Positions 36,214 to 51,779 of a stretch of 64,000 bases of DNA are shown here, piece by piece. The notes beneath the pieces were generated by a model, which searched no databases, was not told the DNA's origin, and was given only the letters and a program-made list of their open reading frames with translations. Source of the DNA: a bacterium (GTDB lineage: Bacteria > UBA8248); assembly GCA_965213685.1 (NCBI GenBank), contig CBDBZY010000064.1, positions 320,001-384,000 of the forward strand, in the 5' to 3' direction. A program made the translations under genes and the position numbers. Numbering within the stretch: position 1 is the first letter of the stretch; every line of letters begins with the position of its first letter.

Positions 36214-36910
36214 TGGCCATAAAGCTTCGCAAGAACATGGAATGCACACACTGTACTGTCATAAGTGTCTCTGCAGTAAAGAAAACTTTGACTTGCAAAC
36301 ATTGCCTTCCAGGGGTCAGTAGCTCAACACACATACATGTAGCTACTGATAGTGTTGCATGTTTAGTTGTTCCAAATATCTCACAAGGCTAAAAACTTTT
36401 GGAAACTGCTGTTCTGTGGTGGGAGATGAGAAGGGAATGGAAGAGGGCGGAGGTAAAAGAGGCAGACCAACTAGTCCTAGCATAACTTGAAAGGGTGAGC
36501 ATCTTTCTTCCCCGGTAGAGTGCGTATGGGTTGTGTTGTGACAGTTAACAGAACAGTGCGTGTGGTGCTCCATGCGCATGTGAATCCTAGGCTAGCGCAC
36601 TGTAACAAACAACAAACTGAATACTCTCCCCCCCCCCCGGTTGAAGAAGGCTTGTCAGTGGCGATTCACTACAACCCAATGTGCAGGAGACACACAATAC
36701 GGCAACCGTCGCTCCACTACAGCACAGTTTACGCAGACTTACAATATCTGCGTGGTCTCCAGATCCTTCCAACGTGTTTGTCTAGCGGTAGGCCACTGTG
36801 CACTTGCCTCCAGATTCTCTGCACATTGACATTGGACGTGTTTTGCTTCAATGGAAAAGTATTTGCATGTAACTCCACCTACTATGTCCCGGATGCGGAA
36901 ACCTATATAG

Positions 36911-36958
36911 TAGTCTGGCGAAGCCACGCCCGCGCTCGGGTGTGGCTTCGCCAGACTA
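36911..36958. repeat. 48-bp TA-bounded palindrome (miniature hairpin element)
   Basis: tagtctggcgaagccac-gcccgcgctcgggt-gtggcttcgccagacta. Confidence 0.75.
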
Positions 36959-37124
36959 GTACGTGCTCCATGAATTCATTACGAGCAAAACCTCGAGATA
37001 GGAAATCAAGCCACAGGCATTACATCAGCAGTTCTAGGGCCCGCCATGCATAACCCTCTTATTACCACCCTCCCTCACAAGTTGTACAGTGACATGCTAC
37101 TTAGTGCAGTCTTAAAAATGAAAG

Positions 37125-38525
<1,401 letters not shown>

Positions 38526-39405
38526 AAACCACCTCATCCCACCCCCATGTCTCCATGATGTATGTATAATTATATAAAACTCATGCTTCATTTTCACCAG
38601 TTGTACATACATGTAGGCGTAGGAACCTTCCAAAAAGTGGGGGGACCCAAGTTTTGTGACGTATTACTGAAAATCCGCATAAATGCGCGCAAACTGTGTA
38701 GACTATGCGCGCGAGCGCACACACATGCGACTATGCCGCTCTTTGGAGACAGACGTTGTCGTATGTGTGATGGTTCTATACCTGAGGATACTAGCTTCTT
38801 CACACACCTATCTCAGGACCATACTCCCAGTTCTGTTGACATCGAGAGTCTTCTAGTCAACCTCAGCTCTCAAGACTCTGATCCCAGCACAAACTCCTTT
38901 CACTGGATGAGGTCAGTTGTCTCTGTATGTCACTCTTCCTCCTCACCTTCATAATCTTATTACATATCACTGCATCTGCATTGTCAGCCACTTATTTATC
39001 TATCCCCTTCATTGGGGGCAAAGTACATGAACTTTGACATTTGCGATAGTGTAGCCGCCCTTGGGTATTACAGTCAAGAATAAAAGACAACATTATATGG
39101 TAGAATTTACAGTTGCCGTGTCAAATAGTGGAAGCCATGGCCTTCTTGGCCCCCCCCCTCCACTTCCTAATAGTGCCCCTGGCCCCACCCCTGCTTCCAA
39201 TGCATAATTATGGTTTAGAGAAAATTAATACCCCCAACACAATACATTGCAACAGACAATAATTATTTCAATATCACAATTATTGGTTTATTGCAAGTAT
39301 ATTCATGATCATGACAGCCAGTAAATCATTTGCTTCTAGGGGAAATCTGTTGCTTCTAATAGGTGTGTACAAATTAGATGAGGTGAAGGACCAGTACTGG
39401 CTAGT

Positions 39406-41632
39406 TTAAGAGCATGGGCTTTGGTTGGCCAGTAGAGCTGTGGCTGATGTCCTGCCACGGATGACTTGCAGAAGCTGCATACAGTGTATCCTACTGGACA
39501 CTCCAAGATCTTCTACAAGGATCTTCTCATCACATTCTGTGAGGATTTCCCCTGTAATATGCTCTGAAATGAATCTCTCACAGTACTGAGACAGGTTCAT
39601 AGCCTGCAACAGCTCTGCCACCTGCATATTGGTGAAGATGAATAAATCATCAGAGTACCATGTTCCAACACAAAGAGTTGAATCTATTTTCTAAAGGTGA
39701 TTGATAAGCGGGTAATAATATGTGCAGACTACACAAATCTAAAATCTCACATAACCTGACCCTTTTGATGGAGAATGTTTTCAAGTGTTGTATATTTTCT
39801 TTCTGAAGTGCTTGTTCTTTGGACATAACTGTGCCAGACCCACCTGTGGTGTTGTGTGTGATACATGCATGAAAATCTACTTACCCTGAAATTATTATGT
39901 ACGTACTTTCCTTCCCCCCCCCCCCTCCTCCCTCTTCTCCCCTTGTCTCTTGTTCCCCCCCTGCTGGTAAGTCCCTCAATTATGGTGATATGCTGGCAAT
40001 AACAATACTAGCATGTAGTCATGGTTGATGTTTATCCAAATACAGCATGTAAGAGTAAGATCCTCACCAGTTTGAAAAAAAAAGGCTCATAGTGGCTTGC
40101 CTAGCGTCATGGCTTACTACACTCACTCAATGCACATAAATAAAGTTCACTAGATACTTAGACATACCCTGTGACTTGAGTGTTGCTATTTCAGAACGCA
40201 ATGCATACACTTCTCTCTCCAACATTTCCACTCGAGCAAGTAGTTTCCTAAATTCAATCAAATTAGTTGTGGTGCCCATTTCACTGCTTTTAGTGGTTGT
40301 GAGGCTACCACTGGGTCTGACTGAAGAAAGATTGGGCCTACACGTCTCATAAGATTTTCTCTTAGTAGGCGTTAGTATGTTCAATGGCGTGTAATTATGG
40401 CGGACACCTTTTTTTGAATCTTTTGCTGGAGCACTACCTGTTTCAGCTTGTGGTGACTGCTGCTGCTTGCTGTGGAGCTTAGGTTTGGGTGTTGGATGTA
40501 GAGGAGTACTGGGTCCACTTCTATTGTGGGTAGCTAAGGCATTCACACGTTGTGGTATTACGGGGGATTGGGAGGGGATAAGGGTATCGTAGACTGAGTC
40601 TGGTTTTTGCAGCTCAAAGCCTTCCCTCTCAAACCCACTCCTGACTGCTGTGCATAGCTTAGAGGAGCTTGTTTTGATGGACAGAGTGCTGAATGCATCA
40701 AACCTCTCATAGAGCTTTCTCGTGTAGGCATACAGTCTCTCCAGCTCTGCCTTCTCCAACTGTATGACTTTCACATCTATTGGAAGGTCAACTGGGATCT
40801 CAATAGGCTTCTGATCTTCGTCTTCTTTCAAGGTGGTAGAAACAACAAGTGATGTTTCTGTATGCACTCCTGTCAAAAAGGATGCTTCAGATGTGATTTC
40901 GTAAGGTATATTCTCTGGCATGCTTGCCTCTTTCATAACCACTTGCACTTCTAGCGGAAATTCATTGGAAAAGTGCTCAATAATGTCAGGCAGGTGAAGG
41001 CAGCTTCCATAGGGATCTGTTGTGAAACGTCCCAGACAATCGCTATCCAGCATTTTCTGCTCCCTTCTTGTGATGCTGTACACTTGCAGTGCTTTCTTTT
41101 TCATTGGAGTTTGCACAATCTTTTGCACAACCAAAATTTCGTACTGCTCAACAGAAGATTTGGGGTTGCTCCGGATGTGTGGTTTTGTTGCCAGAATAAC
41201 CTTTGGCAGTTGTATCTGAGCCATTACGTCGGATACCCGCTCAAAGCGATATCCCTGCATAGCTGCTTTTAGATCACCCTTGGGGTTGAAGATTGGCCCA
41301 AACTGAATGGCTGAGTTCAGTGGAATATTGTAGACCTTATCGCCTAAATCTCTCAGCAAAGCCACCTTATTGCGCTTCACAAAGTGAACATTGTAGACAT
41401 CTCCTGTGGCTATGGAGCATCGCTCGTCACAGACAAAGTAACCCTTCTCCACGACGATCCGAAGGGGCAAACTGTGCACACACTTCAACATGAAATTGTC
41501 CAGCGTGAGTGTCTCTTCAGCTTGTCTGTTTGGAGAACTGTGTTGTTCTTCTGAGCACTGAGACCTCCCTGGTGAGTGACATTGGGACGATGATGCTCTA
41601 GGGTACATGGGGACATAGCGGTTTGCAAGCAT
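39406..41632 (-). CDS. Paralogous CABIT-like + coiled-coil-like + SAM adaptor gene 2 (intron-poor)
   Basis: Exons 41632-40168 (acceptor also at 41643, so an upstream exon is possible), 39843-39761 and 39621-39406, phase-compatible. LPLRIVVEKGYF..GDVYNVHFVKR..YNIPLNS..FTTDPY; SAM VAELLQAMNLSQYCERFISEHITGEIL..DLGVSSRIHCMQLL. Confidence 0.85.
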
Positions 41633-43855
41633 ACTGAATACCCTGTGTAGTGAAGGAAACAAAGACCTATGATCCTGCTTGTCTTTTTAAGAGTACACAA
41701 TACCACACTCAGTGGCATAGCAATGAATACTACACACAGGAATGGGTATAACACAGAGGAGTAGGAAGCATAACAGATCTAGTAAGGCCAGACGCACCAC
41801 TTTGCATACATGTCCCCACCCACTTTGAACATGTATCTCAATAGTACAGTTCAACTTGCATGTGCCTAGTAGTAGGCTAGTAATGTGCATGCGTAAGCCC
41901 AACCCAGCACTATTGACGCTAAAGAGCTGATCTTGTACATCTCACTCGGTGACAAGGACTGCTTCACTGTTTAAGGATGGTCAGACATCATGAATATTAA
42001 TGAGGTGGCTGGTTGCTATGGGATTATATTTCGGGAAGTATGCTAGCTATACACAGTGCGATTGCACCATTATAATGCCTGCATGCACTACTGCTGATAT
42101 ACAAAGCTTCTCTTGATTACCCGCAGATCAGATGCTGAAGTAGTCAAATCTTGGCCATTTTTTAATAAAACTTCCTAATGAAGTCACCTACCTCTTTGAA
42201 ACTCAGGTACTAGGGCTATTCACACTAGTGGAATTGATTAACGTGGCCATTTTCGCTATAGCATACGCATAAGCATGAGTTTTTGAATGTTTCTCAGTGT
42301 TGGAGTGTTGAATTTGGAATAACTCCACATTACGGTCTGCGTCACCTGCTTAGGATGACGTAAATGGCTGAAAATCCCATTCCCAAACAACCTGGAAGTT
42401 TTACAGAGTTATGCACGTTTAATTGCTATGACATGCAAGGATTCCGTAGTTTTCATGGCGCAAGAATGTATGTTAAGTACCAATTAACCTTGTATGCGGA
42501 CCGAGCCCAATACGTCATCTGGCTGTGTGAGCGAGCTAGGAGCAGGCAAAGGGAAGCTTTTGTACATGCGGTGGCTTTTAGAAAAGCCGGTTAGAGAGAA
42601 AGAAAAGGAAGAAGAGGCAGGAAAGTGGACCCCGAATCAACAGCGCGGCATGATCTCTCCCTTAGTGGCTGATTAGGGCAGGAAAGCAGGACCCCGAATC
42701 AACAGCACGGCATGATCTCTCCCTTAGCGGCTTGCTCCGTACTCCCTGTTGCCAAAGAATGCTCTGGAACTCATTACTTGTCTCACACTGAGACGACCTC
42801 AGTTCACATACGGCTGAATACGTCAAGTGAAAGGCACCGCTCCAGGCGCTTGGCTTGGGTAACAGTGACACGCTTTCCCAGAGACTGAAGAAGAGCACAC
42901 ACATGACCTCTCTGTTCCTTATGACCATAGACTGCAAGCAAGCCTATAGCATGCACTCGTAGCTACTAACAAGCCCATAGCATGCACTCGAAGCTATGTA
43001 CTAACAAGCCGCACTCTAGCTCCTAAGGAACTGCAATGTAAATGTGCCCAGCTGTTGCATGTTTGTGGCTTTCACTAATTAACCCATGAAGCCCTGCTGT
43101 GCACATTCCTTTGGAGCCACATAGTATCCATGCTGGACCACCCTTAAGGTGGTGGGGTATGAAATGGATAATTAAATTTTATGTAGCGCTACTGACCAGA
43201 ATAATTAAGCAACAGAGCTTTGTAAGGCATCGTTCGAAAGGTCAAGGAATGCACTTTTATACACACACCTTCACAAGGCCTGTTCACAACACAGGGATGT
43301 AGAATTGAAGCATGAAAAGCGAGTAGTGAGAAGTGTTTTCCACATCAATTTTAGCCACAGTCACACTGTGGTAGCTGCACAAACCAACACATACCATATG
43401 CTGTTGATCTCCACCAGGGCTAGAATCACTTCATTCGCTTTATATGCAAGCAGTGGCTACGTGAGGGTCTCGTTTCCCCCGTGCGCACTGATTTTCTTCA
43501 TGATCTTTACAGTTCAGCAGCGTGTAGCTGCTAAACCGTAGTTGTATTGATGGAATTTTTACATTCCTGCCCTAGCCCTGTGTCCTTATAATAGGAATAC
43601 GAGCAATATACAGTCCAAATTTGTCTGAAGTGAACGAAAAGTTGTTGCCCATAAACCGCATTAAGCGGTAGATACGCCCGCGCAACACGCAACACTACCT
43701 CGCCACCTTAAGGTGAACATCTGACTAGAGCACTTAGAGAAAAGTTTAGTGCTAGGGGGTATGCTGATATAGTTAGTATTACACGATTATCATTGTTTCC
43801 TTATCATCATGGCAAAGTACGTAGAAACATCTCAATATCGCTATGACAATAAATA

Positions 43856-46580
43856 TACGGTCAGTGTATTTTTCGGCCATTCTGTTTTTAGCTTTTCTTT
43901 CATGCCTGGTTACCTGAAACGTATATACTGATTTCAGGATTTGGCTTTCATCGCTCACCTGAAATACGCTTCAGCTTTCAGCTCTCAGCCATTTGCCCGA
44001 TGAGCTCAACCAAAACGCTATGACACTCCTACTTGAAGGTACTATTCGGCCAACGTGTTTCCAGTCCCTCTCTCCTATCTACTTGAACTTGCATTGCAAC
44101 TTGCTTAGATCACTAACCTAAAACCTGAAATACGCTCAGTTTTCAGCTTTCAACTTTTCAAATCGGTGGACTACACAAAGCACGGTATTCTGTGCAGTAC
44201 TTTTCGGCCAAGCGCTTTTAAACTCGCAGGATCATATGGCATCAGCTAATCTAGCCCTGCCTCCTAATTCTCCACAGTAGGTTTAGCTCTAGAACTAGTG
44301 TCTATAGCAATCCCATACTACGTTTTATTACCCATAGTTCTAGACCTAGTGTCTATAGCAGTCAAAGTGTCATTTAAAAGGACTGAAAGTCATTTTAAAA
44401 AATGTCAAGAGAACCAAAGGGCTTGGAGGACAGCACATGAAATAGTTTTGAAGAAGAGTTACAAAAGACTGAGTTAAGGAAAAGAAGTGTCTCACTGCTT
44501 GTTTAAAGGGTAAACCATCACTATACTGCACATTTTCGAAAAGTTCCTCCATACTTGGCATGTGCAAATAGAAATCACGCTCTCTTAATAGCTTGAGTTG
44601 CTCATGGCCTTCCAGTGGGTCTTGGCCAAACACATGTTCTTGCACTAAATTTCCTCCTCTTTCTTGATGCATGTGAATTATTTCGGCTGTAGATGGCACT
44701 GTTGTAGGCATCAATGTGCTAGTCTGTGGAGCACAACTACAGAGCAAAAAAGAGAAGGTTACTTTAACCTTGCTAAGGTTATCTCAGTTGCAACTATCAC
44801 TCCCCTATTGAGTTTCTATTTCTTCTATACCCCTGAGACTGATAGCATGTGTACGTCACCAGGTGCAGATATCATGCGTACATTGTGTAGGGTGTCCCCA
44901 TGCAGAGTGTAACCAGAGTAATGCTCACTATGGTAAGAACTTCACATGTGACATGTAAACAGCTCATAGGGATGCCACAGCTAGGCCATGCTAAATGATT
45001 AAAATTACTCTATCCCTCAATCCTCCACATTTCTTGAAGGATATCCTACACATTCTTTATACCACTTCAGTGCCAGATGTTGAGAGAGCATATGTGCAAC
45101 TGAGATAACCATACCAATGGTAAAGTAACCATGACATTTTTGCAGTGTAGCCAGAGCATTAGGCATACCTCCACATACTCCTGGAATCCTGTGTGCATTC
45201 CAGGCTGCTACAAACTTCAATAGGTGATCTTAGCACATTTACAGTTATCCATGATACGCAAAATGTTACTGTCTCATCAGTCATATTGATTTCATCATTT
45301 CCCTCCATTTCAACTAGTATTCCCTTGACTGGATAATTAATCCTTTGATTAACCTCAGGCCACATTCTCTCCACACGATGGTTCTGGCAGGAAGTGCTTT
45401 GTAGGACTGGAAGACTATTTTGCCACTCTCGATAGTGTGCTAGATGCTGCTGTGCTTCTAGCACTAAGACAATTCTGTTCCATGGTCCACTCGAACTTGT
45501 TGCCAGAGAGTATAGTGAAGCAGCAAGGGTTTCATCGGGACATTGTAGATGGCAATGGAGTTCTTCACAGGAATTGTTTTGCAGCTGAATCCGTCAATTG
45601 CCATGACATGTGTTAGGTCATACATAGCTAACTTTTCATTTTGATCGAAGTGCAGTTTATCTCCGAAAAACCTAGCTGTGTACGGAGGAGGGTTTAGGTG
45701 GCGACATGCTCTTTGTCTTCTTCCCAGTTGGACTGCTATAGGTACTAGAACTATGGGTAATATAACGTAGTATGGGATTGCTATAGACACTAGAGCTACG
45801 AGTATCTGTTCCATACAGAACAGAAAGATTCAGACTCAGATTTTGAAGAGCTACCACCATTCTCTATGAGTAGGAGTGATCAAAAACACACAGTGAGACG
45901 GAACACTTCATATTCTATGCTGACATGCAAAACATAACTAGCTGTCATCTAAAACACATCATTCTTTGTTCTTCAGAGTATCTGTACTTGAGTTTTCACA
46001 GATCTTAATTATTGTCACCTCCGATCATTAGTTTCATTTGACACTTGGACTGCTATAGATACTAGCACTAGAACTATGGGTAAATAAAACATAGCATGGG
46101 ATTGCTATAGACACTAGAGCTACGAGTAATAAATCTACTGTGGACAATTAGGAGGCAGGGCTAGATCAACTGACGTCATGTGATCCTGCGATCGTGCAAG
46201 TGTGCAAAAGTGCTTGGCCAAAAAGTACCGCATGGAATATCGCGTTTGTGTAGTCCACTAAAGTCGTCAATTTGAATCAAGCTGAAAACTGGAGCGTATT
46301 TCAGGTTTTAGGTTAGTGATCTAAACAAGTTGCAATGCAAGTCCAAGTAGATAGGAGAGAGGGACTGGAAACACGTTGGCCGAATAGTACCTTCGAGTAG
46401 GTGCGACATAGCATTTTGGTTGAGCTCATCGGGCAAATGGCTGAGAGCTGAAAGCTGAAGTGTATTTCAGTTTTCAGGTGAGCAATGAAAGCCAAATCCT
46501 GAAATCAGTATACATGTTTCAGGTAACCAGGCACGAAAGAAAAGCTAAAAACGGAATGGCCAAAAAGTACACTGACCATA
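43856..46580 (-). mobile_element. IS3EU-like DNA transposon with ~500-bp TIRs and an integrase-core pseudogene
   Basis: TACGG...CCATA termini; 43856-~44360 is inverted relative to ~46045-46580. Minus-strand remnants at 44370-45760: KLHFDQNEKL, MAIDGFS, VRVDHGTE, NHRVERMWPEVN, WNAHRIPG. Confidence 0.75.
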
Positions 46581-48669
46581 TACACACACAATTAGCACAA
46601 TGTGCATGCACATGCTAGTTAATTAAAGCTTAATGCACAAGTGAGCATAGTTCATGAGTTTTCTGCAGCAAATTGAACTGCACTATATGGGAGACTGTAG
46701 TTTTCTCCAGAGCTCCTACTCCCGTAAACCTCAATGATGCAGGTAAAAACAAGTGCCTGGGTTATTGGTGGAGAAGTGATCTCTATGCTACTCGTGCAAT
46801 TGATAAAATGAGCACGCCAGGCCCTTTTTCTCTTTGGAAGTGTTAGAGCCATCTAAGCCTAAAGGTGATCCTTCCCCACTTCCATCTGTCTGTCTCTATA
46901 GTAGAAACCTGTCTTTGTCCCCTCTTATTGTATGGTTCTGAGAATTGGATTCTCACTGATCCTTAGTGAAGAGATTGGAGTCGTTTCAGAAGGGAATTGG
47001 GTACGTGAATTTCTGAGATGACTGAAATCTCATTCCAACACAGCAGCGGTAGTAGTTCTTGAATTGCCATCCATGAGGTGCAAGCTGTTGCTGTGAAAGT
47101 TTTTTGAGGAGGTTGTTGAAGTATGGGTGCAGTTGGGGTTGGGGGCTGAATTGCATGCATGTGCTGATAATGTTGTGGGGGAAAGATGTTGATTTCTGAT
47201 CTATGAAAAAGGTTATTATGCAGAAAGATCGCAACATGTCCATTCAAAAGTGTAAGGCCCCTCTGATTGTTGAGGTATCAAAAATGGCCCAGATGTTTTG
47301 ATGGAATTCTGGAGCATGGTGGAAGGTACACTGCCGGGTTGTAAGCCTCATAAAACTGATGTCACACCATGGCAGAGGGAGGAGGCCTTGCCCCTTCTGT
47401 GATGACTATGACTTTGATGTAACAATCCTGGAACAATAGCTTTGTCATTTTGGTCGTGTGAGTTGGCGAAGCTAGACTTTGAGATAGGAAGAACTACTGT
47501 GTCACTTGCCTCTGAGTCCAAGAGGGATATGGCAGTCAAGGTGGGAAGGTCTGGTAGCAAAGCTGAAGTGTGTATCAAGAGTGTGGATACTTTGGGTTCC
47601 AAATGAGGACGGCCAGCCACAGAACATCAACAAGGCCATCTGTAAGCTACGTATGTGATAGATCTACTGGTCACTTACCAAAGGCTGTAGCAGTCCATGC
47701 TGGCAATACCTCGAATTTTCCACCTCCAAGTTCGTCATGCTGAATTCCACTCCCAGGTGAAAGCAGCTATGGCTGAAAAAGACACCAGCAAAAACGACAT
47801 TCAAGGCACCACACGAACAAACAACAATCACTGACCCCTTCTCAAAGGTTCAAGCTTACCCCCATGGATAAAAGAATTGGTGGAGTGTGACGCACTCTAT
47901 TGCAAAGGATATGATGTCATTTCATACAGTGGAAAGGGAGGGCTTAAAGATACCAGCACTACCAGCCCTACCAGAGAAACTGTCATAACTGAAGTCAGTA
48001 AGGCTCAGTTCTTCTCGGATACAACTGATATGTGGTCCAGCAACACCATGAACTCTCACATAAGTTACACAGCTTACTGATGACTGGAAACTGATTAGCT
48101 ACTGTCCGGAGACCTTCTTTCTTCCTCAGGACCACACAGGCGAGAACATCACAGAATTTCTGGACTCTATCCTTAAGTCCTGGAATCTCAGAACAGATCA
48201 CCAAGTGTGCATCACCACAGACAATGGAACAAAACATCATCACTGTGACATCCAAACTTGGATGGACACAACTCTCCTGCTTTGGTCATAACTTGAATCT
48301 AGCTGTGACAAATGCTACCAAAGATCATTTGAGAATCTCAAGAGCTGTTGGTGTGTGCAAGAAAATAGTCACATCATTCTTGCACAGTTGGGGAAAAAAA
48401 GCATGAGCTAACACTGGCCCAAATTAAGAAAGGGCTTCCAGAATACTCATTAATCACGGATTGCCCTGCCCGATGGGATTCACAGCTGAAGGTGGTTGCT
48501 TGTTGAATCCTTGAACAAGATATGCTGCCATTCGTCAGGTGCTAAGTGAGGACAGGTAACTTCACACCTGATTCCTGCCTGGCAGGATACAATGGTGCTA
48601 AAGTCCATTAGTTCTGCCCTCACTCCTCTCCATGACTTCACTGATGTCAGAGGAGGACATGCACTAGTT

Positions 48670-48790
48670 ATACCATGGCAGTCTGGGCTGTGTGGGTCTG
48701 ACATACACTGAGGGCAGGAAGTAATTAGAGCCTGAGGGCTGTAATTACTTCCTACATGAGGTGATCCCATACAGCCTGGACTACCATGGT
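48670..48790. repeat. Long imperfect hairpin
   Basis: accatggcagtctgggctgtgtggg ... cccatacagcctggactaccatggt with inner ggaagtaatta/taattacttcc. Confidence 0.6.
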
Positions 48791-49381
48791 TTGAAAAGTC
48801 TCAAACCGCTGTTTTTGCCTCCTGCTGCCTGTGCTACTTGTCCTTTGCTACATGCATGAGCCACACACATAGCACTGCTAATTGGTGATTGTGTAAACTG
48901 TCAAAGCCACAGGGTATAGGTATATTGCCCTCACCACAGGGTACAGCTGATTTCCTACCGTTGCAACACAGCTCTTATTCAAGGCTAAACCACATGCACA
49001 TGCATACATGGCTTCTGTGTTTACTTAGCCTGCCCACCACCCTAGCAGTACTGCTAAAGAAACACGTGTGATGTGCTTGGCAGACTTTCACTGTGCCAGT
49101 CTGTGAGTGAGGACTTAGCAAGCTAAGGCAGACTCAGTGGGATCTGGATGGCTCACTATAACCATTTCTACGCCACTGGAGACACTAACGCCTGTCAATT
49201 GAGCATCAGCCATGTTCATCGTTGGTCAGCCCTGATGTTGGAGCAAATATGGTAATGTGATGGGATACACATGGGTTAGACATCAACTTTGTTTAGGAAT
49301 GGTGTATGTATCCTTGCAGAGCAGTAAATGTGGGGCTCTAAATAGAGTTCTTCCTTTGTATGTATCTGTATAGGGATTTGA

Positions 49382-50170
49382 TTGCCGGTATGTCATTATT
49401 TACAGGATCCACACCTCAGTCCACATCCACAACCCTCCCCATCTCCCCACTACCAATATTTAGTACACATTATTAACCCTGAACAGAAAAGTAAGCATGT
49501 CAATAGAATATGGCACGGCATTCATACCCAATTTAAACATGCAAATGAAATAAAAAAGAAACTCATTGAAGATTTTGAAGATAAACTTCTTGAGCTTGCT
49601 GAGTTTGAATGTGGTTATATGCGTAATACCTCAAAAAGATGGATTGAAAATGATCAAGACCTGGAAGCTATGTATAAGGCATTTAACAGTGGTGATGAGA
49701 TTACAATTTGGTGTGAAGGAAAGAAAGATACTACAAGAAACAGTTGCAAAAGAAAAGCAGAAGAACCTGACATAACACCATCTACCAAGCAAACTGATGC
49801 AATTGATGAACTGGCCCACGAACTATATGAAAAACACACAGTCCTATAGTATGCCCCAGTTGCGTCTCTGGGCCCGGATGGTGCTAAACAAGCAATATAA
49901 AAGTATGGATATAGCTCCCCCATATCGGTCACCAAAGCGTGACAGTCTAACTGATGCACTTACCTCAGCTGCAACTGCTGTAGTGAATTTGCTAAACGGG
50001 CGTGACTCACCTGTCTCAACTGCTAGAAGTATGTCACCTGGGAAATGGCTCGTGTTTCAGGCCAGTATTTGGAGCACCTGGAGAGGCTCAAGGGCCTCCA
50101 CCAGTCTGGAGTTCTATCTCTTACAGAGTTTGAGGAGCAGAAAATGCTTATACTGGAAAACCTAATGATT
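49382..50170 (+). pseudogene. Frameshifted ORF of unknown function, probably TE-associated, with a SHOCT-like C-terminus
   Basis: FECGYMRNTSKRWIENDQDLEAMY..ITIWCEG; YSMPQLRLWARM; GQYLEHLERLKGLHQSGVLSLTEFEEQK in shifted frames; convergent with the transposase. Confidence 0.5.
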
Positions 50171-50199
50171 AGAATACAGCATCATGTATAACTGAGACA

Positions 50200-51210
50200 A
50201 ACAACTGCTACATTTATATATATGACATAGTACATGTGTTGTTGTTCATATTTATCCACAGTCCCATAACAGCCATCTGCCGTGATGCTTGCAAATGCTG
50301 ACAGTATCAGTTCTTCCATTTCTGACTCATGCAGTATCCCGACAAGAGGATCACAACTCCTCAAATAACTCTTAACATTTGAAAAGCATTCTTCAATTGG
50401 CATGTAGTCAGGAGACTAGGGTGGGAGAAACACGGCAAGAGCTCCTGTTTCTTCTATCAGTTCTGTGGCTGGGTGTGCATGATGAATTGCAGCATTGTCA
50501 AGAATGACAACACTTCTGGGGTTGGTACCATTGAATGGTAGCAACTGAGGCTGTAGATAGCGTTTGATGAAGTCACAAAATGTGTCACCATTGATACTCC
50601 CTGTGGTAATTTGCACATCAATAATCCCATCTATACACATTGCTGCAATAGCCGAGTATCTCTGTCCCCTAATCAGTGGCTTTTCTGATAGTGCACGCAT
50701 TCCTTTAAAAGAATATCCAAATTTACGAAGTGTGCTACGTTTGTCTGAGCCAGTTTCATCGACAAAGATGAACATGTGTGGCTCAAACAGTGAAATATCA
50801 GACAAAAATTGCCTTCTAAGGTCCTCTGTTGAGCTGTAAGTCTTAATTTTTTTCGGGAAAATCCCTGATGGTATAAGAATTTGCAGATGGTTGCTGTGCT
50901 TAGTTCCTGTTAACTGTAGAAGAGAGGTCTGTATCTCATGGAGATGCATAGATGGGCAGTCTAAGATCATCTGAAGTATAGCCATTTCATCAGAAGAACT
51001 CAATTTTTTGTTGGTATTTTCATGACAGCCTTGAACACTACACACTGTGCCTGTTTCTTCAAAAAGTTTTACAGTTCTGTACACATGCAGTAGAAGGATC
51101 TACATTTAGGTTCCCACTGATCTCCCTGTATGACAGCCCCAGCATGCATCGTTGATGGACCATTCTCCACCGCAACTCACTGGAGTAAGCTTTGGAGTCG
51201 ATGGAGAACA
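50200..51210 (-). mobile_element. Tc1/mariner-IS630-type (DDE_3) transposase pseudogene
   Basis: HTH-like AYSSELRWRMV..REISGNLNVDPST; IFVDETG; VVILDNAAIHH; FLPP*SPDYMPIEECFSNVKSYLR. Confidence 0.85.
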
Positions 51211-51779
51211 TAGTAGCTATACTCAGATCAAATTTCAAAACAAGCTCATACACTCGCAAGTCTGAACTAATTACATCACTGCATAAACAGAAGCCTTCCA
51301 TGTACAGTAGTACTTCAAGTGTGGTTTAGCATTCTGTTTGCAAAGGTACAGAAATACACTGTATGAATGCGATATAGTGCCCTGGTGGCGCCTTTGAATG
51401 TAAACAGGCCACAAGTGTCTGTTTCATTGACAAAACCACTCACACGACATACTCCTCACTGGGGAAGAGGGTACGTGAATCGGGATCTGACAAAAGACAT
51501 CAAGTGAAATGTCTTTCATTACCTTGAAGAGAAGTACAACAGTCCAGATACTGCTAAGCTTCTGGATGTTTGTATTTTCCTGGATCCTTGCTTCAGAGTA
51601 GACCATCATCTGGAGGGTCACTGCGCTAATGTTAACAGTAGAAGCAATGCTTATTGCTGAGAAGAGGGGTAGCATATCCACCACCGCTCAGCAGCAGCTA
51701 ACAGCTGAAGACAGCATGCCACAAGGGCCACCATCTAAAAGAGATTGTTTGCAGATACTCTAAAGAAGCCCAGAATCAG

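Noticed and set aside
39885-39995. Extra small exon in adaptor gene 2 (GTAAGT donor near 39884)
   Set aside because: I could not establish an open phase-compatible frame across the homopolymer, and the flanking exons join in phase without it.
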